Shown here: positions 1-16,060 of the stretch, piece by piece
How positions within the stretch are numbered: the first letter of the stretch is position 1
How the letters are laid out: each line of letters opens with the position of its first letter
From: Trichoplax sp. H2
Lineage: Eukaryota
NCBI GenBank assembly: GCA_003344405.1
Contig: NOWV01000102.1
Span: 1-64,000, forward strand
Direction: 5' to 3'
Length of the DNA stretch: 64,000 nucleotides
Position numbers and translations under genes: made by a program
Notes under the pieces: generated by a model
The model's input: the letters and a program-made list of their open reading frames with translations, nothing else
What the model was told of the DNA's origin: nothing
Database searches by the model: none

Positions 1-149
1 TGCAAGCAGGAATGAAGTCCACTTTTTCTAGGTCGGATTGGAAATACAATGGAATAGCAGATATTACATTGGATGTTAGTGAGTGATAACGATTCCAATT
101 GGACAATTTGACCACTTTGACCACCGGTAGTCGCTGGATGTTGCTCACA

Positions 150-1445
150 AGTTGTACAGTACAAGGACTGTACAGTGTACAGTCTTACGAGGAGGATAAG
201 TACTGTACACTGTACACTGTACACTGTACCGTAGTGGCATGAGATGAGTCGGGGCCTCGTCCGTCTGTGATGCCATCACTACACGATATTCTCTCCTAAG
301 TAGTCCCTTATTCATTCACATTTAGTACAGTACTGTACTGGTACAGCACTCGTTTTTGGACAGTACTGCACAGTACTGTCCTTTGTTCCGTGCCATGAGC
401 TCATTCTGTACTGTATTGTACTGTACAGTACTGTACGTACTGTACAATATAAACGATACTGTACAGTGTACTGTACTGTATTCAGTATTTGAGGCACGTG
501 ATCATCGCGATCCACATTATGAGTGACCCTAAAATGCACGTGTGAAAACGAAGAAAAAATTTTTCTTTACATTGTACAGTTCAGTACAGGAGGTCGTTTA
601 TACTGCTGACACCCTACTGTACAGTACACGATACTGTACAGTACAGTACTGTACAGTACATTGCATCTGTACTGTACACTGTACACTGTACTGTGCACTC
701 AGTATTTGAGACACGTGATCATAGCGATCCACATTATGAGTGACCCTTATTGCACATGTGCAAACGAAAAAAAGTTTTTCTGTACTGTACAGTACATTAG
801 AGACCCTAGTACTGTACACTGTACAGTCCAGTACTGTACTGTACACTGTAGTGTACAGTACAAAGCGTTGCCACTCTTCTCTTCCAGTTTGTACAGTATT
901 GTACTGTACTGTACAGTACTGTACACGTGTACAGTACAGCAAGTAATTACAGACTACTGCACCCAGTACAGTACAGTACAGTACAGTACTATAAAGTGTA
1001 CAGTACGGTACTTTAAAACTACGTACAGTACAGTACAGTACTGTACTGAACAGTGTACAGTGTACAGTACAATAGAACTTCATACTGTACAAATGTACAG
1101 TACTGTACATACAGTACAGTACAGTACTGTACTGTACTGTATCATGACACAGCATTACTGTACGGTACTGTACTAGTAGCACAGTACATTTCAAGCTGCT
1201 ACACAAACCACGACCTTAAAATTATGCTACACCACAATACTGTACACTAGAACTAGAACTGATGCCAGCGCATCTCCTGTCAACTTGATACCGATGGACT
1301 GTAGGGTCTTGGTACTGTACATGACTGGACTACAGTGTATTGTACAGTACTGTCTGTACTCGACTGAGTGAGCAGTACTGTAGCAGTCTATCGTGACACA
1401 GCATTTAGCCTACAGTCAGAATACAGTACAGTACATTTCAAGCAG
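150..1445. repeat. GTAC-rich (CAGTA/TACTG)n compound microsatellite with embedded duplicated unique units
   Basis: Dense runs of CAGTA/TACTG/TGTACAC in both orientations. A ~90 bp non-repetitive unit occurs at ~481-566 and ~699-782 (tcagtatttgag.cacgtgatcat.gcgatccacattatgagtgaccct). The ORFs here are low-complexity Y/C/T/V/Q/S translations of the repeat. Confidence 0.9.
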
Positions 1446-1461
1446 TTAGCCCAACCGCGCT

Positions 1462-1530
1462 ACCTTCCCGTGGTTCTTCTCTTTTTCCTTCCCGTGGTTC
1501 TTCTCTTCACGTTCCCGTGGTTCTGCTCTT
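1462..1530. repeat. Short tandem repeat, ~23 bp x3 (ttcccgtggttct(t/g)ctct)
   Basis: Three consecutive copies are directly visible. Confidence 0.85.
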
Positions 1531-3991
1531 TTTTCCCATCATTCCCTTCTGTTGGTTATTATTTACCGATCCTACTGCTTTGAATGGCCAGATCACTTTG
1601 AGGTACTTTAGCGGATTCATGACATACGTATTTAATTCGAGTACCTGAGATTACTCAAATCGCTATCACTTCACTTTTATCTGTCTTTTATTGAATCCAA
1701 TATGACTGTCGTGTTACTCTCTTGTTAGTTACTAAATTACTGCATGGTGATTGATTCATTCTCGCTTTTACACATGTAGTCCTTGGAATTAATTAATATT
1801 GATTTGATTTCGACTGATACAAGCGTCAATTTGGTGGCGACTTAGTTTTAGTCGTTAAGCTTGTTTAAAGCAGATTGTATCATAATGGATTGTTCATGAT
1901 GGAGGTTGATAACGCATAGACACTTAGACAGTCAATATGATACACTGCCTGGTTATAAATTCATCCATCATTCATGGATTACTGTACGATCTGTGTACAT
2001 TGACGATTTTAGATATCAATAATAATAATAATAATAATAAAAGTGGCTAGATAGATAGACTAGATGTAAACTCTGCTAAAAAACCAACGTCATACAGTAC
2101 TGTATTACCGTATTTCTAGTCATTACAAAATTAACTTTGCACAGAATATTTTCTAGTACGTCTAGTCATCCAAATTCGTAGAACTTGAAATACATTTGAA
2201 CGAAAAAAAAAGTGTGGAAAACGCAGCAGCGGATGAACTATCGAGCTCCATTTATCGTAGTGTTACGTGTTCCTGCTGGAACGGACGAGACTGCGCATGC
2301 ACATTGCAATATACAATACAGCAGTGTTGTACAATGGGAGTGAAAAGGCAACCCGAACACGATAAAACCTGATCCAGTGGTTGATTTTCTAACCCGAAAT
2401 GAGTGCTATCACTATCATGTACAAGCACTGTATCACCACGGAAATTCTTAACCCGAATCCCGCCCTCGAGTCAGATTGAAATCGGACTTCGGGTTGACTT
2501 CGCATATCCCTGCTGTACACTATACAGTACAGTACAGTAATATCAGAGTTCATCATCGAAAACGAACTTGCAGCGAATATTAGTAGTGTATTTTCTACCG
2601 GTAACTACGCACTCTCTATCCGTTCCGTTCAGCGATAGACGGTACTGTACTGTACTTGGTGGCTTTTCCAGCGTACAGTACAGAACTGTGTGTTAATCAT
2701 CAATAAAAATGGAAAAATTGTGACTTCAACTGATGTACAAATACTTTATACCAGCATGTGCAGTACCGTAGATGCTGTCTATTTTTCAGCCAATTTTTTA
2801 GAGACTTGCCAACACGCTGTACTGTTCTGTAGTGACTAGACTCCTAGAAGGATAATATGTCATCGTTTAAGCTGTTTACGCTGAGTGAGAATATGAGTTA
2901 ATCGTCAACACTTGTCCGTTCGAGTTCTAGATTGAGTGCTGCACAGTGTACAGTACTGTAAAAACACAGTGAAAAGTATCGTGGCTACACTACACTGTAC
3001 TGTAAAAGAGGCCCGCAACATTTTTCTGCATACTGTACTTTACTATCAATATAGACCGCATAGAATTACTTGGCGGTAAGGCGCTGCCTGTGTCATTGAA
3101 TGATACACCCTACTGTTTCTCTTTTCAAATATGAGTCGACGATCGAATCTGCTACCTGGTTGAGCAGATTTCTACACAACAATGTATGTCTTTTTGTAAA
3201 CTCTTTCAGCTTTAGTGTACAGTCGCTACCTAAAGTTGAAATAATAACAGCACAGGATTCCAGAGTACGCTTTTGCAGTGGAATTAAAGAAGTGGAAAGT
3301 CCGAAAAATCGACTTGAGTAAATCAACTAATTCAGTAGCAGTGTGAATTTATGTGTAACTAGTATAACTTGTTGAACCTCTTGCTCTTGATATCGAGCTT
3401 ACGTTCTTAGTTTATTGAGTAGAATATTGTAGTTACTGCACAGTACTGCTTACAATGAACGTCCATTTTGTTATCCAAGTGAATTGAAAATAGTGTTGCG
3501 ACTATTGATATCGTGATATGTTAGCATCGACAGTCGTTGCAAATGATGCCTTGTATGTTGAAACCATGACATTACTATGAATAACTTATTACCAAAACCA
3601 GTTATCATCGAGAAATTTCTGGCACTATATTAACTCAAACAATATCATCACTGTCGTTGCGTATTAGTCTTCTATTTAGTAGAATTTTGTCGTTTGTGAT
3701 ATTTTATAAAAAAGAATAAACTCTGAACTTATAATCTAGAACCACTTGCAATAAATGGCGGCGTACATTGCTTATGCATTCTGTAATATATGCGGATCGC
3801 TGTCTCTTACGTATAGTTTAGACTGGACTAGATCAATGTTGTGAATTATAATACAATCTGTGTGAACTTGTGCATAGTTATTTGGCTACTCTTGATATGT
3901 AACCTAACTAAAAATGATAAAAATAATGGTGATTGCTTGAACTTATGTACATACCGCATTACTATCCCATAGCCAGTAGAGAAATTAAATC

Positions 3992-7188
<3,197 letters not shown>

Positions 7189-7720
7189 GGCATTACATTT
7201 TTACACTTATTGACTGTATAATTTGCAAAAATCTTTTTTGGCTTAGAGTCTTCTATACATTTGTTACACTGATGTTATGTTAGCACGGGAGCTAGCATTA
7301 AAATTTTGTTTTATCAAGGTGATATTATTGTAGACTTTAGTGGTTAATTATCATAAAGTCAACAATAGTTATTCACAATTAAAATTCGCATCTGTATATA
7401 GTGCGTATATTATGTCCATAAAGTAAGGTAACTAGCAGCTTCTATGCCCAATAGTTGATTAGTACTGTATTAAAATGTCTCATCGGGGTATAAAGTAGTT
7501 GTGAATATGTCCGAACATTTCAAGAGCTAAATAATTGCGATATGAATTAAGTATTACCTCGCTTAATATAGCACGTTCTTTGATAACTGAAAACAACTTG
7601 GAGTTTGTAGTTATCTTTGATAAAATTACGTAGCTTAGTAACGTAATCTTGAAGAAGTCTTAAAGATTTCAGTAAGAAATGTCCTATTTTATTAAATCAG
7701 CTGACATTATGATCTTTGCT

Positions 7721-7771
7721 TACGGCTGATCTATCTGTTACATACGGCTGATCTATCTGTTACATACGGCT
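7721..7771. repeat. 22-bp tandem duplication (tacggctgatctatctgttaca x~2.3)
   Basis: Directly visible. Confidence 0.8.
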
Positions 7772-8459
7772 GTATTGTTTATTGTTTAAGAATGTTAATA
7801 ATGGAAGTTGTAGATAATTCATATTCAGAGTTAGAGAGGCTTTATAGATGGTAGGCCAACATTTTTGGACAGTAATTCCCCCTATCTATTGGAACATATG
7901 ATCGAATTTTAACTCAGACTGTAAACCCTCAAAAGATCACTTACATGAATTTGTATATACAGTTCTTGTATATATTTAAAGATTTATCTCTATAGTAGTG
8001 ATTGATTTTCGTCTTTGACAGTGATTAGACTACCGTCATGGAAAGTATATGCATAAGAGAAAGAACTTTATTGATATACGTTTGTAATTTTAGTAATAAA
8101 ATCGACAGATGTGCAGGCATCGCAATTCTTTGATAGGATCAATAATTTTAAAATATTAAATACACGGTATATCATGCTTGTAAAATATACACATAACCAA
8201 GTTTTAAATTGCTATAGAAATAAAGGTTTAAGAGTCCATTAGTTGAATTGTAGTCCAACTAATTTAAAATTTTAGAGGCTGATATCGAAGGTAACAAACA
8301 ATTATACCCAACAATTTAATTATAATCATAGGAGCATGAAATCAATTATTGATAACTTACGTTAATGAAATGGACTGCAGTGTTTACGTAGTTAATTATA
8401 TTTAAAGTCAAAGTACATAAAGTGAAATAAATTGCAACACGTGGAATAATGAAAAGTAT

Positions 8460-11400
8460 TTAGTTAGGAGGTAAAACATTTTCTTTAAATTTACCCATCA
8501 TATTGCCTGCAGGTTTATAGTTTGCCACCACTACGGTATAATTATTTTTACCTTTGGCCATTGCAACACCAACTTCGGTAGTTTCACGCCAAACCACTTG
8601 TGTAAAATGGCCAGTACCCGGGGTAAAGGTTGCGCGGCGGAAATTGTAATCTTTAATTTCATCATACCACATATCGACCGCTTCATGTCCGGTAATTTCT
8701 TTTTGAGCGGAACCCATAAAACATGCTAAATTTTCCCCGAAGCCTTTTTGGTGGCTGTGTTCAAATTTCTTATTTTTGGCTAGATAATCTGCCCATTTTT
8801 TAGCATGTGTAGTGCATTCCTTTGACCATTTTAATGGTGGAGCTCCATGCTTAGCTCTGTAGTTATTATGTGCATCAAGACTGACATCTTTGAAACTGCC
8901 AAGTTTCTTCTCATTAATTGCACCTATTAGAAATTGATTATGAAGTCTAGGTGAAATCACACGGTAGGCGACCTCTATGCATAATAATTGAACGCTGCGA
9001 GATGTAGATTAAATAGATGAAATATCGCAAGTATTCTTAGGTATAAGTTCTTCAAAACTACAACTACGGTAACATTTTAGCATAAATTCCGATTCTAACG
9101 CTTTCTGCATGATCTATTTTAGATCAGAAAAGGTAAAAAATCGATATGTACCGATAGTGGATGTGATCAAATTGTAAACTATCAAAGGAATGGAAGGAGC
9201 TATAAATCGAATAAAAAACGATTATTACTTTACTAACCTGGTTTTCTTCTTGCTTTATCTCGAACAGAATTAGCAGCCTTTTTTGCAAGGGATTTCTTAA
9301 ACTTCTTAGGATTTTTAGTCCCTACTGGGTAAACGTTTTCTTTAAATTTCCCCATTACATTGCCAGGTGGCGAATAATTAGCAACAAGGTAAATCTGGCC
9401 ATCTGCTGACTGTGCCACACCAGCTCCCATTTCGACCGTATCTGCCCAAACCAATTGCGTAAAATGGCCAGTATTCATACCAAATTTTGCGGCTTTAAAG
9501 TTATAGTTTTTAATTTCATCATACCACATCTGAACCATTTCTTGGCCCGTAACTGAATCAGGGTTAGAGGTAAATTTATAAGCTAAATTTTGCCCCATGT
9601 TATCTTCCTTCTTATGCTGCAATCTACCCATTTTTACCAACTGATCTGCCCAAGCTTGGGCTGTGTCTGCACAACGCGATGACCATCCTAGAGGCTGAGC
9701 TCCATGTTTACTACGGAAGTCATTATGAGCCATCAAGACATCGGATAGGAATGGCGATAAATTTTCGTTAGCTGCGGTAAAGCAATATATCATGACATTA
9801 ATTATTTATTTAAAAATTGCAAGCAGCTTCTTAATATTGCAATGAACGTAAACGAAAACTGAATTAGTGTCTAGTTTTACCTATGCCTCTTGAAGTTGCC
9901 TTGGCTTTACGGCCTATACGAGTACAGAAGTCCAACAATGCAAAATAAGTTGAAAAGAATTTGGTATTTGACTTGTCTAATCATTGAAGACTACCGAAAA
10001 GCTTAATATGCTAGAATTTGAGATCATTTACTACGTCAAATATTATGTCAAAAATATCAATGTTAAACTAATATGTAGCTAGCATTACTCGCTACCTTTT
10101 CGTTTCGATTTTGCTGAAGCGCCATCATTTTGTGAGGTAATACCTAAATCAAAAGAAATACTCATTAAAATAGCTCACCATATAGTTAATCTTCATTTCA
10201 TAGGTACGGCTAGAAATAGATCAAATTAATTGTAAACTTTTCTTCATTTTTATTTCTTATCATTTGTTGCAATGATCATCTTTAAAAATCAATATAGTTA
10301 ACAATACCTAAAAATTAGATTTTGATTATTCACGCTAACATAGTAATTTCTAAGAATTAATTCTCAATTTTTGTGTAATTTTAATTCCTATCATTTACCG
10401 TTATAGATCATATTTAAAGGATAACTACTAGTTAAAATTGCTTAAAATGAGATACTTATTTCTCAGGCAAGGATAAACGTTGATAAAAATTAATTCTAAT
10501 TCGTTCTATAGTTTTACTTCTCTGTCATTTATTATACTGTATCTTAATTTTTATTCAACTAAAGCTCATTTACGACTGTAAAAGGATATTACCTGTAACA
10601 TTAGTTCCTTTATTTTTTCTTGCAAACAGCTTTTTGAATTTCGATTTACCACGCGGTTTTTTCACATTAATGCCATATTTACCTTGTACATTGCCAGCTG
10701 GAGAATAATTAGCCACAATAAATACTCTACCGTCAGCAGTAGAAGCTATGCCTACACCAACAAATTCCGTCTCTGCCCAGACTAGTTGAGTAAAATGGCC
10801 AGTTGAAGGTTGAAATTCTGCCTTTTTATAATTATAGTCTTTCACTTCGTTGTACCACATGTTGGCAATCTCTTCTGCTTTGATATCTCCTTGATTTCCC
10901 AACGATGTTTTCATATAGGCTAAATTCTGACCCATATCGCCTTCGGTTTTATGTTGTAGTTTACCCATTCTTGCTAATTGATCAGCCCATTCTTGAGCAC
11001 TTGTAGCACAAGAATCAGACCATTTTAGCGCCGATGAGCGATGTCTTTCTCGCATTTCATTGTGGACAATCAACATTTCTGACTGAAATTCAGTCAAATT
11101 GGCGTTAGCTAAATAATGCAAAATAGCAACGATTAGGATAAGATTTGGAAGATTTAAAAGACTAAGATTGGTTATATTAAGCGTAACATATAAATACTGC
11201 CTATGTTTTTAATTCCATAACGATCTCGATTAGGATAGCCTGAACTATCAATATAGCTAAATTTTGAAAGGAAAACAGGTAAGGCAACTGATGGATTTCA
11301 TGTTAGATACAAGTTGTTTTTCTCGCCTACTTTCAGAAGTACAAGTAGAAATATAGTTGCTATCGACATCCACGACTGGATTTAACTGCTTAAAGAATAT

Positions 11401-14314
11401 TTTTATTTTACTCCATATCATAAGTGATATCAGAAACTATTACACTGATTCAATCGCTCGCCAATTTTTTGAAATTGAAGTTATACGCAAAATTATTAGC
11501 AGGGTTCACGATTCAATTTTAGTTGGCTAAACAAAGAGTATTTTTCTTCGAATTTCAAGTGTTCAATGAACGTGAAAACTATTTCGATAACTCAGTTGCT
11601 CATTTTCCATGCCATTTGTTGTTAATTTGCTCTAAAGAGTAGGAAAGAGCTAAACAGATCTTACACTGCCAATCGCAATAGTAATACGCGTATATGCATA
11701 GTAGTTTGGATTATTATAGACGTTTTATGAAATTTGATCAAAAATAGAGTATTAATAGTTTCATAATTTGTCCTTGAAAATAAATGTAGAAGTGACAGCA
11801 ATGATAACTTACCAACACAACGAACACTAGCTCTTCTCTTGGGATCTTTTGATTTAGCTCCTGCTCCTAAATTACAAATTTAGGTTAGTCTGACATCAGC
11901 CATTTACTTAAATTCTAGTCATAATTAATTATAGCTGATTGTTGAATATAAAGAGTATAGAGAAAGCTAATTAATAGATTGAATCAATTGCTGAATATAA
12001 AATTAGAATGAAATAGGCTAATATAATAGCAGGGGAGAGCTACCAGTATCGGATGATGATGATGCTGACGGTTGTTTTCCCTTGCTGAATTTACTTTTGC
12101 TACGACCTTGACCACCATGTGCTGATTGAGGAGGATTAACATTTTCAGCGAATTGCCCCATCATGTTCCCTGCTGGCAAGTAATTAGCAACAACAAATAC
12201 TTTGCCATCGGGTGTTGAACTAATACCAACTCCAACTTCTTTGCTTCCAACCCAAACCACTTGAGTAAAATGGCCAGTACCCGATGAAAATGTAGCATTC
12301 TTGAAGTTGTAGTCCTTAATTTCATCATACCACATATTGACAATTTGTTCACCAGTAACATTTTTACCATCTGAGCTGTATACAAAGGCTAAATTTTGGC
12401 CCATGTTGTCTTCCACTTTGTGTTGCAAACGTCCCATTTTGGCTAATTGATCAGCCCATACTTGGGCTGATCGTGCACATTTCTCAGACCATTTAAGAGC
12501 AGGTGCTGCATGATTTGCTCGTAGCTCATTATGGACAGCAAGAACTTCTTTATGGAATATTTGCACTTTATCTAAAATGGGCGTTAAATTGGATTAGATT
12601 GTCGCAAATGTAATTTGATTTGCAATTGAAGGGCTAATCTCAGCTGAACAATACTATAGAATTTGCCATAAAATTCTAATTCAAAGAAAATGTCCGCGGA
12701 TAGTAATAGCTTTTAGCTTGGGAATAACTTTTATTGCAAATTGATTGAGAGTCCAGTGTTAACAGAGGATAAGAACTAACCAATTACAGAAAGACCTCAC
12801 TCTATATGCAACTGGCAGAATATCATCTACCATCTTACAAGTTACTATCGTTTCTTAATTAATACAGTAGGAGCTTCTACTAACACCATTATGCCGTATA
12901 TCTTCATCTATCTTTCCAAATGCAGCATAGCTACGGCTTTGCTGTAGGATCTCCTATACTACCGCCAACAGTTATTTAAATTAACCCTTAATCTCGCTAA
13001 CGTTACAAGAATTTCACAGAATTTCATCAATTCCAAATTCAGGTAAACTGTTTATCTACCTTGCCAAATTGAATAGTGAAATCAACAGGCGAGAAAAGAT
13101 TTTTATGAATTCATTTTAAATGTAAGCATTCAAGTAGCAAGGTGTAAATTGAATTTACAGTATTTCTTGTAGACGAAAATTGAGTAATAATCCAAAATGT
13201 GAAGATGGCTATTCTAATGAGTTCCTTCATTACATTACTAGCCAGAGTTTGGATGTTATTGTCTACTCTCTTGTTGATAAAATGTACGATAAATATTTAA
13301 GATGTAAGATAAAATAAAAGGATGGAGACTTCGATGGATTGATTAATTGTTGTTTAACCGTTAAAATGTAGAAGAAAACATTTTAGATTTGAAAAAAGTT
13401 AAAATTTAGAGCAATCTGTTAACTCAAATGAATAGGCACAGTGAGGATTATCATAAAGTTCTGTGATTTTGTATGGCCTATACCGTCCTTTTTACAGGCG
13501 TTTTTTACTGTTGATCAGTAAAATTAACTGGAATATGCTGATTGTGAGTGGCTGCAAGTGGTCCTAATGGACGATATGAGAGTTTGTTCAGGGAAATTTT
13601 TACTAGAAATGAACAAATAAAGTTAAGCCTAGCTATTATGAAACTCTAGATGAGTTTATCCTTGTCATGGCCCGTGGGTGTTACAAATAGTAATATTAGC
13701 ACGGCCAATGGTAACGGTAGATTTGCCATTGGATGTTTTCATGACTACAGCTCGATTTTACTTCCATATCGGTAGTTATAAATAAGGTAAAACATCGGTT
13801 TATCTATACTCATTTTCCTTTCGACAGATAACCCGTCCACGCAAGGACGGAAGTGTAGAGTACGCAAAAAAAAAGTAGAATAAGAAATAGATCGTAGTGC
13901 TAAAAAGATTAAAAAACTTTTAAAATTTTAACGCCCCCTTTCTGGCCTTTAATCTCATCTTCATTATTAGTATCAAGGAAATTACATCTAAATTGAATTA
14001 GAGTTTTTTTTTAAGGATAAAATGGCTGTAATACGAGTAATAGTTCAGCTCTAAAGATGCTCACTGTCTTGACTCAATTTTGGGGGGAGGAAATTATCGA
14101 ATGATTTGATATTGACTCTCACAAGATTCATTTTATTTTTGATGAGAAAAATTTAGCAGCTCATTTAGGATTTTCATAAAGCTTATAGGAACGTTCTTAT
14201 TAACTTACATTGATTTCTAGCTTGAATGATAAGTTTTAACGTTGTAAAAAGTGAGAAAGAAATTTATTTATTACCTTTCTTTTTGTTCGATTTTTTACCA
14301 AAACCAAACGGCAT
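8460..14314 (-). CDS. Four-domain CAP/SCP (GAPR-1/GLIPR2-like) protein
   Basis: All introns are phase 1. Exons: 14314-14275 (MPFGFGKKSNKKK), 12571-12044 (CAP1), 11866-11813 (linker), 11108-10593 (CAP2), 10143-10096 and 9913-9881 (linkers), 9771-9238 (CAP3), 8923-8460 (CAP4, stop). Each domain has HN..R..H, G[QE]NLA, WY.E, GHFTQ.VW and VANY.P.GN. Confidence 0.85.
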
Positions 14315-15229
14315 CTTGAACCAGTTCAACAAGTGATTGGTAAAATATTAATGTGTGTCTTTTTTCCCCAGTTGTCTGAGTATCAATTGAGTCAAATGAT
14401 TCGATGTTGTTAGTTCTTATTTGCCCGTTTTGGATTAAAAATGTGTTGAAAGTATACCAGGATAATAAAATGAAATAGAATACAATTGATGTCAGAAAAA
14501 TTCCAATAATTGGATCCGTTAATTACCCTGTCTCTTGCTCTAAATGAGAACGCTAATTTGAATACATAGGCCATAAAATTAGCGAGATTGTTGTATGTCT
14601 TTTAATTTAGTAATTTAATGTAATAGACAATTGTTAATCTTTATAGAATGACTAGGTTTAAAGAATAAATGAGTTAATACATTGATGGCCATGGTAAGTG
14701 TAGGCTAAAAGGTTATGCCCCTATAGTGAATAAACTCAGCTAATCATGAAGAGAACAATCTAAAGTAGAGAAGAAAGAGAAAAAAAAAATGCACGATGGA
14801 ACATTAATTATCCATTTCTTTTTGTATATATATTCAATGTCCATCAGAAGGTATCCTGTACTTTTGTTGTCGTGATCAGATGTAATAATGATAGAATGCT
14901 GCCATGTATAATTAAAATGACTAACAGTATATGCAATCAATTCTCTCATCAGACCCGAGTAGATTTTTTTTTAAAGAAAGATCGATCGGAGCTTTGTTCT
15001 TGATTGTTTTACCATCGTTAACATAATAATAATTACCAGTTATTTGTCTCGCCAGGTAGAATTTAATTCTATGAAAGGCTTCTTTTAGTGCTGGGTGTAT
15101 TGTTTGTTATTGGCTGTAAGGGGCAAGGTCTATGCGTTCGTTGAAAGCCTGGATCTTAAGCGTGGTTAGAATTGAGCTAAAGAGTTTACATAATATGGAT
15201 TTATTCCATACGAATTTATAGCATAAGAA

Positions 15230-16060
15230 TAGCTGTCTTTCTCACTTGTTTTAACAGTAGCATTATTGACGATAGAACAGAACTAATGTATCCATGCCGA
15301 TAATTTGGCCGTTTTGAGCTTGGATTATGATATAAGGTCTGTAATAAAGTAAAATGAATTTAGAATGAAGGTGATCTTACGAAAAGGTTTCTTCCTCACT
15401 TGGCTCTACAATAGTATTATTGACCATAGAACAGAGCTAACGTTTTCATAGAGCGATTGTAGCTGTTTTGCATTTAGACTATGAAATAAGGTCTGTAATA
15501 AAAGTAAAATGAGTTTAGATCGGAATCGATCTTTATAAAAAGGTTTCTTTCTCACTTGGTTCTACAATACTATTATTGACGATAGAGTAGAGGGAACGTT
15601 TTCATATGGAGATTGTAGCTGTTTTGAATTTAGACTATGAAATAAGACCTGCAATAAAATTAAATGACACTAGAGCGAAATTCATAGCAAGGACAGTTTT
15701 CTTTCTTCTTTGGTTCTACTGTAGGACTATTTACTATGCTACAGGACCGAGTTAATTTATCTGCATGAATGTTTAGCTATTGCTAAGTTTTAAGTGTTGG
15801 CATGAAGGGCCTATAAAAATATAAATTTAGATCGAAATCCATACAAAGAGCACCTTATTTTTCTCATGACGTCTTACGCAAGTATAGTAGTTATTGATAG
15901 CAAGAGCTAATTTATCTATATGAATGTTTAACTATTGCTAACATTTGAGTGTTGGCATGAAATAAGACCTATAAAAATATGAATTTAGATCGAAATCCAT
16001 GCAAGGAGTGCCTTGTTTTTCTCATGAGGTTTTACACAAGCATGGTAGTTATTGATAACG
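15230..16060. repeat. Degenerate tandem repeat, period ~155 bp, 5-6 copies
   Basis: Recurring ctcacttgg.tctacaata.tattattgac.atagaac...atgaaataag..ct.taataaa...tttagatcg(a/g)aat at ~15235, 15385, 15541 and 15695, plus a sub-variant at 15750 and 15905. Confidence 0.8.

Noticed and set aside
1-148. Open minus-strand frame at the window start
   Set aside because: Too short, no recognisable motif, and no clear splice acceptor.
231-282. SECIS-like ATGA...TGAT hairpin
   Set aside because: No helix II pairing, no apical AA, and no selenoprotein context.
694-964. MRE-like TGCRCNC matches (TGCACTC at 694, TGCACCC at 958) and possible Staf sites upstream of the ZNF gene
   Set aside because: These are short matches expected by chance from decayed TGTACAC repeats, and I saw no convincing ACTACAATTCCC-type site.
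312-1250. Overlapping ORFs of 65-202 aa on both strands
   Set aside because: They are translations of a stop-poor CAGTA microsatellite with no protein-like features.
15071-15127. Signal-peptide-like stretch LLLVLGVLFVIGCKGQ
   Set aside because: It is out of frame with the adjacent ATG, and I found no compatible downstream exons.
15230-16060. CRISPR-like or coding interpretation of the spaced repeats
   Set aside because: Whole units are homologous with no unique spacers, the context is eukaryotic, and there is no ORF.
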